Shown here in pieces: positions 55,349 to 64,000 of a stretch of DNA of 64,000 bases. Made by a program: the position numbers and the translations under genes. The notes beneath the pieces were generated by a model. That model was not told where the DNA came from. It searched no databases and saw nothing but the letters and a program-made list of their open reading frames with translations. Where the stretch lies: the NCBI GenBank assembly GCA_000320545.1, contig ADNK01001577.1:29939-93938 (forward strand). The letters are read 5' to 3'. How positions within the stretch are numbered: the stretch's first letter is position 1; each line of letters starts with the position of its first letter. Origin of the DNA: Bigelowiella natans CCMP2755. Its lineage: Eukaryota > Protista > Cercozoa.

Positions 55349-58300
55349 TCATCGCTTTCGGAACTTCACCAACCACCAGGTAATAGATTCCTCTCTAACC
55401 TTATCTCCTTTGTCGCTTACCCAGAACTCACCTTCGTCCTTAGGTTCGTGTCCATACCAGCCCTCTGCATCAAGGTCCCCCAGGACCTTATACCAGTGCT
55501 CAAAGGGTAAGTCGGGAACAGCTAGGTAGAGTAGCTGATATTTTCCGTCCTTTATTTTCATAGCTACCCTCTCCATATTTCGTAATCCAGGGTAGCCTAG
55601 ATAGACAATCTTCATGCGCCAATCGTCGTTCACCCTGACCTTATTGTTTCCATATTCCACATCGAACTTAGGTCGGGGTCCTAAACAAGGCATTGCTCGC
55701 TCCCACACAGTAGGGTTTACTTTAACATCCTCTAGGAGCTTCTCACCGATATCATAATTCTTTAGGTGACTGATGTGGCGCAAGGTGACCCTGTTCCCAT
55801 CATAGATGTAGTACTGCTTCCTCCCCTTCCTCTCGGTAACCTTTGCAACGCCACCCCAGAAGGGGTCTTGTTTATTTCTCGATCTCAGATTTACCTTGGC
55901 CCTAACATACTGTCCTTCCTTTAGAACTCGGCCATCGTACGGGACCTTCTCGTCTTCGCTCTCGGTATCGTCGTCGTTGTCGTCGCCTTCTTCCCTCTCC
56001 TTATCCTTGATACCTCCCCCAGACGTGAAGGTGTCGTTTACTAACCCTTGTATCTTGTCTGGTGTGGTGCTATTTATCCTGCTTAGGTTGGCCAAGGTGC
56101 GGTGGAGTCGCTCTACCTTGGAGTTGGACTGGGCATAGTATACAGGTGAGGCATCAATATTAGGGTGTGGTAGCTGTAGAAGAGAGGTCTCATTATCCAC
56201 ATGTAACTTCTTTGGTATCTTGTTTATGCTAACTTCATCAGGGATAGCCTGGAGCTCAGACTCCCAGGTACGGTAGCAGTTAGTAAGCCTCTGCTTATAT
56301 AAGCCTTTGTTCTTCTTAGCAACGTTGACCTTGATAATCTTTTTAACCCAGCACTTTCCAGTGGCCACATCAACGAAGGTAAGGTAGTGATAGCCATCGT
56401 ACTTATAAACATCAATTTGCACGATATCTAAGAAGTTCCTTGCTTTGATTTTCTTAGATGCACGGCTCTTGCTGGACTCCTTGGTGGCGACGCCTGCCGC
56501 CTTCAAGCTGGAGCACCTGCAGCCACGCAGGTATGTCCTTATCTCTTTTAGCTTGTAGGGCCAGTAGTAATGGTAGAGTAGAGCAGTGATATGGTTTTCT
56601 CCTACGTGTGCAGGTCCATGGGCGGTAAAGAGAAGGGCTCCCCTGGTCCGCCGTGGCACGTAGGTACGCCTAACATTATTAGTGTATACATATATCCTAT
56701 CACTAAGTACCTCATGCTTGTGTTTGTATTTATCCAGGTGTTCTTGAAGGTGCCGGAGCTCCTCTGGCTCAGGCAGGAAGTCGCCGTCCTCGAAGGTAAT
56801 CGCGTTAACCATAGGGGTGACCTGGGTAGGGACTTTCTTTTCGAACAGCCTGCTGAAATAGTCAGCAAGCTGCTTGTCTCCTGGTGCGTAGACCACTGTC
56901 CTCTTGTCCCTAAACTCTTCCGTGTCCGCCCTCATAGCTGCATACTCATCGTTAGGCGCTTCGAGCTTGCGGTCGATGCCTAGGAGGGGCTTGTGGTCAG
57001 TCATTAAGGTGAAGCTGGGCACCGACAGCAGGTAGTATCTTAGTTTCCTCTGCGCCTCAGTCATGGCTTTATACTCTCCTTTTGTAGGGCTGTACTTGGC
57101 CTCAGCTGCTGTGCAGGCCCTGCCCCACACCCGTATGATCTGCTGGTCTTGGGTAAGTACAGCAGCCATACCTAGCTTAGACCCTTGCTGTAGTGCTGCT
57201 ACTTTCTCGGGGTTTGGGGTGATGCGGCCTTGCTCCAGGTAATATCCACACCACTTGATTCTTGTAGCTAGGAATGTACACTTCTGCAGTCTAATAGTAA
57301 AACCGAAGTGTGCAAACCTAATAAATATATTTTCCAGGAGGAAGATCTGAGCGACGACTGTGTTGGTACATATTATGTCATCATCCACATACACAAACAC
57401 AAACACCCACAACACAGACGCCATCCCATCATGTGTGTATGCCCTGTAGTTCTGACTACTGAACGCATCCCCTGATATGCTTAGGCCGTAAGGGAATACG
57501 ACGAAGTGCCACTTCCTGTGCCTGCTGGAGAACGCGGTAATGGGGCGGGAGGTTTTGTGGATGGGTGTCTGCATGTATGATTCATTTTTATCTAGGGAAG
57601 AGTAGTATTTGTATCCTATGACGTGTTCAATAACGTCATCTATCCTTGGTGTAGGTGTCTGGATCCTCTTTATTACTCGGTTGTGGCGGATGAAGTTGTG
57701 CGCCAGGCGGAAGAAAGGGTAAGTAGGTTTCTTAGCTAGCACATGTCTCACGTTCCATGGTGAGTTGCTTGGCTCTATCTTCCCTTCCTTTGCCCATTCA
57801 TTGATCTGCCACTCTATCTTTTCCCAGTCCGCTTCCGGTCGCCTATGTTCTGGGTCATTGATGATGCACTCTTCGTATCCCTTCTTTAGCTCGATCTTTA
57901 CTGGGGTAAGCTTGCTGGAGGGCTTCGTCGTCGGCTTGGTGATGTCAGAGTACTTCTCGTTTAATATTTTATTAATGTACTTTTTGCCTTTGTCGATATC
58001 CCAATCATCAGCTGGGGGGGTCTTGTCCAGTAGCTCCGTTATCTGTCGGATGGTCTTGCCGGGGTTCTTCTTCCGTAGCTCGGTAGGTGTAGGTAGCTTG
58101 TTGTCCGCTAGGTCCATAAACTCTAACGCATTAACGCTTGACTCAGAGGTCCACTCGTCAAGCCGTATCATGTTCTGGCTGATGGTCCTGCCTGACTTCT
58201 TTGGCAACTTAGCAAAGTATATCTTGTGATTGTAGAATGATATGATCCCCCCTAATTTTTCTAGGGCATCCTGTCCGAGGAGTAGTTCCATGGATAAAGT

Positions 58301-60055
58301 CATGGCTACTCGGGTCTTGATTTGGGTCTCCGCGTCGCTGCCAGGTATCTGTAGCTTTAGCATTAGCTCACCGACGGTCTTCATGGAAGAGCTTCCGTCT
58401 GCTTGAGCATATTTACGTTCTTTCTTAGTCACTTGATCCAATAGTCCTAACCTTCTTACTGTGCTTAGGCTTATGAAGGACTTCGGCATGCTGCCACTAT
58501 CCCAAAGGGCAGGTAGTTTCTTGTAGTCTCCGTAGCTGTCTTTAACTTTAACCTTGGTCATAGCAACTTTGATAGTCCTGTTAGCGTCTTCGTCATTAAT
58601 GTTGCATACTCCTAAGTTCTTTATGTCGTCTAGGGTCATGGGCTTGTCTTGGTCCTGCGTTGCTGGTACTGCTGTCTTCGTCGGCGCCTGCTTAAGGTGA
58701 TCTAATATTCCGTTTATCTGCTGCTGTATAGCATTGATACTGTTCTGCTTTTTGTTCTTATATTTATTGTTCTTCCCGTTGTTGCTGCCTTGCCATTTGC
58801 TGTTGTTATATCCTTGTCCTCTGCCTTTCTTTCTCTTTAACTTCTCGTAGTGTTCGTTGAGCTGCCTGATCGTCATCCTGGGTCGTCCTTCTTTCCTGTC
58901 TCTGCAGTCTTTAGCGGTGTGTTTCCCTTTACGTGAGCAGTATCCGCAACGTCGGTTACCTTCCCTGTCCTTGTACCAGTCTCGCTGCGGCTTAATAGCG
59001 TTAATGTTTCCTATGCCAGGTACCTTAGGGCTGGTAAACTTGCGGTCCTGCTCCTGCTCGCGTAGGGATATAGCCTGCACTGCTGCCTCCATCGTGGTGT
59101 AGCCTTTCTCCGTAACGTAAGTGGATTCCTTTATCTTTAACTTGAACTCTTCAAACCTTGCCTGATCATCACCTGTGTTGTAATTAAAATCATGTAGTTC
59201 GTCGATCATATCCTGGAAGCGCGTGGCAAAGTCTCTAACAGGTTCTCTCTCATGCTGCATCATTGCTCTGTATTTTCTAATAGCCTGGGGTAGGGAGTTA
59301 GCATCCTGTTCATTTACAAAAGCCTTCATTATCGCCTCAACGTCTCGTAGCCCACTAACTGTAGTGTGTATTTTCTCTAGCTGCCTGATCCGGGTCCTGC
59401 CTGTCTCGTAAAGGTCCATGGCTTGCTTTATTATAGCTAGCCATTTGAGCTTGTCGTTTTCGGTGGGGTTAGGGGTAAAGTCGCAGAGTATACTCCTAGC
59501 GTTCTTCCACCACCTCCTTGCCTCACCTCTTTTCCCGTTGTATTTCGTTATCATAACCGGTGCTGTTTTAACAGACATGAACTGGGTGTTCCGCTGTACC
59601 GGCTGCTGCTGCTTGACGGTGCTCTGGGTCGTCCCCCGCGAGGCGCCCAGACCCCCGTCGTTCCTAAACAAAGCTGCCCACTCTGGAGGTAAGTCTGCTT
59701 CGTAATCCATGATGTCCTGCATGATAGCTGCCCAAACATCATGTGTCTGATACTTGTATTCTATCGATACTTTCAGTTTGGCGTAGTTGCTCGCCCTGGG
59801 TCGCAAGGCTCGTAATGCCATTACGACCTTCTTGCTTTCGGCGGCCACGTCCTCGTCGTCCGCCTCGTAGAAGTTCTCCAGTGCCTCTGCTGCTGCATCT
59901 GCTTTCTTAATCCCGGGTGCTGGTCCCGGCGGTGCCTGTGGAGGTGTTCCTCCTCCTTCCTTAGCGTCCGTATCGCCCTTCCTTTCCTGTTTCTGCTCGT
60001 GCCCTTGCACGGCCTGCGAGCCAAAGTCCTGCTGTTCTTCTAGCTGCTGTGACAT
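55349..60055 (-). CDS. Single Gag-Pol polyprotein (1568 aa) with extra C-terminal Dam-like domain
   Basis: Zn knuckle CGYCSRKGKHTAKDC; protease ALWDSGS; RT FPYGL..YVDD; partial RNase H (YSPTKGE..TDHKPL..ADYFSR); IN H..H..CxC, QID, HVDN, KVER; SH3-like module. Confidence 0.95.
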   Translation of the reverse strand: MSQQLEEQQDFGSQAVQGHEQKQERKGDTDAKEGGGTPPQAPPGPAPGIKKADAAAEALENFYEADDEDVAAESKKVVMALRALRPRASNYAKLKVSIEYKYQTHDVWAAIMQDIMDYEADLPPEWAALFRNDGGLGASRGTTQSTVKQQQPVQRNTQFMSVKTAPVMITKYNGKRGEARRWWKNARSILCDFTPNPTENDKLKWLAIIKQAMDLYETGRTRIRQLEKIHTTVSGLRDVEAIMKAFVNEQDANSLPQAIRKYRAMMQHEREPVRDFATRFQDMIDELHDFNYNTGDDQARFEEFKLKIKESTYVTEKGYTTMEAAVQAISLREQEQDRKFTSPKVPGIGNINAIKPQRDWYKDREGNRRCGYCSRKGKHTAKDCRDRKEGRPRMTIRQLNEHYEKLKRKKGRGQGYNNSKWQGSNNGKNNKYKNKKQNSINAIQQQINGILDHLKQAPTKTAVPATQDQDKPMTLDDIKNLGVCNINDEDANRTIKVAMTKVKVKDSYGDYKKLPALWDSGSMPKSFISLSTVRRLGLLDQVTKKERKYAQADGSSSMKTVGELMLKLQIPGSDAETQIKTRVAMTLSMELLLGQDALEKLGGIISFYNHKIYFAKLPKKSGRTISQNMIRLDEWTSESSVNALEFMDLADNKLPTPTELRKKNPGKTIRQITELLDKTPPADDWDIDKGKKYINKILNEKYSDITKPTTKPSSKLTPVKIELKKGYEECIINDPEHRRPEADWEKIEWQINEWAKEGKIEPSNSPWNVRHVLAKKPTYPFFRLAHNFIRHNRVIKRIQTPTPRIDDVIEHVIGYKYYSSLDKNESYMQTPIHKTSRPITAFSSRHRKWHFVVFPYGLSISGDAFSSQNYRAYTHDGMASVLWVFVFVYVDDDIICTNTVVAQIFLLENIFIRFAHFGFTIRLQKCTFLATRIKWCGYYLEQGRITPNPEKVAALQQGSKLGMAAVLTQDQQIIRVWGRACTAAEAKYSPTKGEYKAMTEAQRKLRYYLLSVPSFTLMTDHKPLLGIDRKLEAPNDEYAAMRADTEEFRDKRTVVYAPGDKQLADYFSRLFEKKVPTQVTPMVNAITFEDGDFLPEPEELRHLQEHLDKYKHKHEVLSDRIYVYTNNVRRTYVPRRTRGALLFTAHGPAHVGENHITALLYHYYWPYKLKEIRTYLRGCRCSSLKAAGVATKESSKSRASKKIKARNFLDIVQIDVYKYDGYHYLTFVDVATGKCWVKKIIKVNVAKKNKGLYKQRLTNCYRTWESELQAIPDEVSINKIPKKLHVDNETSLLQLPHPNIDASPVYYAQSNSKVERLHRTLANLSRINSTTPDKIQGLVNDTFTSGGGIKDKEREEGDDNDDDTESEDEKVPYDGRVLKEGQYVRAKVNLRSRNKQDPFWGGVAKVTERKGRKQYYIYDGNRVTLRHISHLKNYDIGEKLLEDVKVNPTVWERAMPCLGPRPKFDVEYGNNKVRVNDDWRMKIVYLGYPGLRNMERVAMKIKDGKYQLLYLAVPDLPFEHWYKVLGDLDAEGWYGHEPKDEGEFWVSDKGDKVREESITWWLVKFRKR

Positions 60056-60071
60056 TGTTAGTCAAATCGTT

Positions 60072-60089
60072 TCCCGTGTGTGGAAGCCA
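60072..60089 (-). other. tRNA primer-binding site
   Basis: TGGCTTCCACACACGGGA, 5 nt inside the 5' LTR boundary. Its complement ends in GCCA and resembles a Glu/Asp-type tRNA 3' end; tRNA identity not certain. Confidence 0.75.
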
Positions 60090-60094
60090 AAGGT

Positions 60095-60420
60095 TGTTGC
60101 GCGTAAGGTGTTCACAGGCCGAGGCGCTACGTGCACAAGTAGGCAGGGGGGGGGAAAGGCACGTTTGCTTCCTTTTGAAGAGTTGTGTTTATTTTTATTA
60201 AAGATTATATTTTTATTAAATCGTGCACTGCGTAATCATTCGCGAAGCTTTCGCGAATGCCGCCGCACGTGGGGCAGCACACTTCCGGTGTGCTGCCATG
60301 AGTCCCGCCGGAACCCACGTGCCTATGCTGTATTAATATCTACGTTATCTATATTCTATATCCGCGACAACCCCTTTGTTGTCGCACGTGACTTGTGCCC
60401 GCGTAGTGGTACGCGCTACA
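60095..60420 (-). repeat. 5' LTR
   Basis: Identical to 54972-55297; minus strand holds a TA-rich promoter-like tract and three AATAAA signals. Confidence 0.97.
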
Positions 60421-60968
60421 ATGCCATGAATGAGCAAGCAATTCTGCCGCAGGAGACACATTGAGGAGACACAGTCATGTGTGTGCATGGACAACGCTAG
60501 AATGTGCTGTTGTACATCATGCCATGCATAGCATGTGTGCTACACATGATCTGGACTATGTTGTTACTGTGTCCACAAAGGACAATGTGAACGCACATGT
60601 GCTCAACACCATTTGAACTGAGTTGCTTCTCTAAATCACATTGAGCTAGCAGCAGAATGTTGGGTGAACGTTGGGTCTATGGTCAGCGAAATCCCTCATC
60701 TTCAATGTCCATTTGTTTGCATCCGCATCGTACCCTACCCATCCCAGCGGTGTCACCATGGACATGATGATGAATTACAATCGCCAAATGATCATGCTGT
60801 CAATTCTGCGTTTGCCTTTCTTCGCATATTCTGCCACAACGAACACGTACACAAGTGAATATGCATAAATAGAAATATGTATGTATGTGCGCGGTAAAAA
60901 AAAAAATCGATACTCTTTTCACTGTTTATTTTTGTTCTGTTTTTTTTTTTTTTTTTTTGAGAAAGAGA

Positions 60969-61014
<46 letters not shown>

Positions 61015-61585
61015 ATCGTGATATAGGAAGAGTCTGCACGATTTGAAGTGCCTCTCAAAACCAATGGAATGGCCCTGATGCCTCTTCATCCATACTTAAT
61101 AATGATCGATAATAGCGTCCCTACCCCCGCCCCCCCCCGCGCTCTGTTTCTCTCTCTTCCATGTGCAAAACTGTGCTCATATCTCTGGCGATAATGCTCT
61201 TACTCGCAGATACACAGACTCCCCTCGCCGCCTTCGTTCAGCGTTTCTCGCTCGAAGGTGTGCCCTGTTGACACGAAGGAGAATAAGGGACAAGCAGAGC
61301 AGAAGGGGGGGGGGGGAGGAGGACTGGGCAACATAAGACCACTTATGCTACTCTAGATCTTTAGTGCACATAGTCGCATATCTTCTTTTTGAAGTTGAGA
61401 GCTACTAACAAGAGATCTAGTCCTCCCGTTTGTACGATTTCGTCGTTGTCTTTTGGCGCAGCCAGGACTCCATTGCGCGCTGCTCGTAATAACAACGTTG
61501 CCAATAACACATCACACCACATCTTAGTACGTCAGATCCCACGCACACACACACACACACACACTAACACAAACATACGCATAAT

Positions 61586-61622
<37 letters not shown>

Positions 61623-61994
61623 TTAAGTCAATTCTAGAAGCAGCACACAACTGTCCTAACCGCTGCTTTTCGCTCTTGAAGACCGCTCCGTGCCATCCTT
61701 CACTTTACCAATGCCACTTCTTCGACTACGACTATGAGCTTCGCTGCTCGTCCAGTCGATATCCTTCGATTCTTCGGCATGCGAAACCCAATTTCTATGC
61801 TGCCCACCCCCATGTTTATGCGCTAGATATTCCAGAAACCGAGGCCATTCGCGACGCCGCTCCGCCTGTTTTGGTACATTTTTGCTGTTGGCGCTTTTCT
61901 TTCTTTTTCCTCCAAGATGTTCTTTCGAATTCTTACATCTCCGAGCTCCCCCTGGTATGGGGGACATCGGACTCGCAGGGCATGCGAGTGTAGA

Positions 61995-62031
<37 letters not shown>

Positions 62032-62044
62032 GACGTGTGTCTGT

Positions 62045-62078
<34 letters not shown>

Positions 62079-62188
62079 TATATATAAATAATACATGAAT
62101 ATGTATATACCTGCCGTCTCATGATCTCCGACACAAGGGTTGATTCATCTTGGCTGGTACTAACAACCCACCATGGGTAGATAAAGAT

Positions 62189-62224
<36 letters not shown>

Positions 62225-62244
62225 GACACACACACACGTACACA

Positions 62245-62287
<43 letters not shown>

Positions 62288-63182
62288 GTGTGCGCACGGC
62301 TGCACAGAGATGGTGGCAAACAAACCGTCTTCTAGCAGCGCTTGTGGAGCGACTTCGGCTCTGCTTTGCCCCAGAAGTGCTGGTTATGATGCATGGAAGG
62401 TTGTCCCTTATACCAAGGTACGGTATGATGGCCTCGGCGGATTTTTTGGGGAGGAAGGCCCGAGAAGATCCTCGGAGCGATGCTGAAAAGCTGATATGAT
62501 TGGATTGTTACGATATATTTACGCGTGATGTGAGTGCGGGTGGATGGCGATTGCAAAGACTGCGTCAATACTGCTATATCGACCAAATTGTTTGCATTCA
62601 TTGTGCTAGCCATCGAAGAGTGCCATAACAACAAACCACGCACACGGAACTCTAAATCAGGGGCCGGTGTGAAAGCAAGAACGCGTACTTTTGAAGCGTT
62701 CCAGAGATTATGTGGTGATGAAGATGATTGAGAAACCGCGGCACATCTTCGTTCGTAGAGCATGGAAGGTACATCAGCACCATGCTCATGTTTCCCTGAT
62801 ATCAGTTTCGTCGTCATTATTGGCGAGAGCGTTAGGGAAACGATATATGATATTTAACAGAGCGTAGGAAATGGCGAAGTAGTAATGCTATCAGTCAAGA
62901 ACGATGGAGGCCGTGCTTTCACCATCGCATAGTTAGGTAGCCGTCGCTGGCCGTGAGAGCCCACAGAATAATCGAGTTTTATGACACACAAGATGCAACT
63001 CGCCCGGCTGGGTGTGGCGTGTTTGGTGCGTGCTTTGTTTACAGAGATTGCACATGTCAGAACAGGTCGGCTGTGTTTTGATGGCTATGGGATTCGGATC
63101 AACTTGGAAGCGATTGTAGAGGCCTCGAAGGTCCTTGTACTCCTCGCGAGATCCCTTGTATCGTTGCCTTTTAACAGCACAC

Positions 63183-63221
<39 letters not shown>

Positions 63222-63238
63222 TTTTATCTTACATAATA

Positions 63239-63276
<38 letters not shown>

Positions 63277-63432
63277 CATTTAATTTTAATGTTGTCGGCT
63301 CATCATGTGCTGCAGGCGTACGTGTGAGCTTCGATCTCGTCCATAGTTAATGGCTTTGCGTGCATCTGCGATTAGCAAGAAAATGACAATTCCATTCAAT
63401 CATTTTGGCCTTCAAACGTAAAGAATGCGTAG

Positions 63433-63479
<47 letters not shown>

Positions 63480-63504
63480 ACACACACACACTCTCTCATC
63501 TAAC

Positions 63505-63640
63505 TGGGGAACTTTCTTGACAAGGGAGCAAGCAGGAGTGCAGAAGTCTCCCTGGACACCCTGGATCTGAACAGCGATTTCATCAGACTCGCAGCCCGCC
63601 TTTGGGTCACCGTAGTGGGGTGGTAGCGTTGAGGTAATCA
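63505..63640 (-). CDS. Exon encoding a small Cys-rich protist secreted-protein module; rest of the gene unresolved
   Basis: HYGDPKAGCESDEIAVQIQGVQGDFCTPACS. Further probable minus-strand exons at ~61660-63170 could not be joined confidently. Confidence 0.5.
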
Positions 63641-64000
63641 GCAACGAAGTTAGGGTGAAGCTTGACGAGCTGATTCGGGAAAGAGAGAGAAAACGGGTGC
63701 ACATGAGTCTCCACTGTTCTCAAGATATACACACTGTTGACAGTGGGGTGAGTGCGAGAATGCTCGACTCTAGATGGGTGTTTCGCGGGCGCGCGCAGTG
63801 TCCACAGCACCCCTGTTAGAGATTACTAGACGTGTATAGCTAAACAAAGTATAGAATAATGATATTACTTGACTAGCGTCAAGTTATCTATTTGGCTGCA
63901 GAGATGAGCAAATAGTCGCCTCGCGCTGTCGACACTTTGCGCACGGGTTGTTGGAAGCCTCGACACCAACACGGATAAGGGGCGCATGGCTTGTAATGAC

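Larger units (their letters stand above)
54972..60420 (-). mobile_element. Full-length-bounded Ty3/Gypsy LTR retrotransposon, very recent insertion
   Basis: Two 326-bp LTRs identical by eye, TG..CA ends, 4-bp TSD ATGC (54968-54971 / 60421-60424), PBS, PPT, domain order Gag-PR-RT-RH-IN. Confidence 0.97.

Noticed and set aside
55349-60055. Retrotransposon avoiding mutable TA contexts by favouring CTA/TAG
   Set aside because: A small spot count gave only about half of TAs in protected contexts, near chance; a full count is needed.

Overview
Intron-rich eukaryotic nuclear DNA with microsatellite-packed introns; the style suggests a protist, possibly a chlorarachniophyte, which is inference only. 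Host genes: amino-acid transporter (runs off the left edge), TOPORS-like RING E3, a proline-rich region frame-compatible with a Sec12/PREB WD40 gene, a small type-I membrane protein, a polycystin-1-like REJ-GPS-TM-PDZ protein, TBCE, XRCC2, a tiny myristoylated FERM-C/PTB-like protein, EEF2KMT/FAM86, a ferric-reductase-like membrane protein and an ankyrin protein. Accessory DNA between them: three broken Crinkler/RHS-type (REase, kinase, NTPase) loci, a frameshifted virus/Polinton-like polymerase-helicase-HNH fragment, and a young Ty3/Gypsy element (identical 326-bp LTRs, 4-bp TSD). Main finding: discrete intergenic and mobile-DNA patches have lost almost all TpA through TA->TG / TA->CA changes (A->G on either strand), while TAG is spared (CTAG survives and is enriched) and CpG is kept. 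In the helicase fragment this removed every Tyr codon and turned Walker A GK into GE, whereas the adjacent part of the same gene is untouched. This resembles a RIP-like genome-defence process acting on adenine rather than cytosine. The Gypsy element sits unmutated inside such a patch, carries a degenerate Dam-like adenine-methyltransferase domain after integrase, and has an in-frame deletion of the RT thumb/RNase H start. All counts are hand counts and all gene models were spliced by eye.
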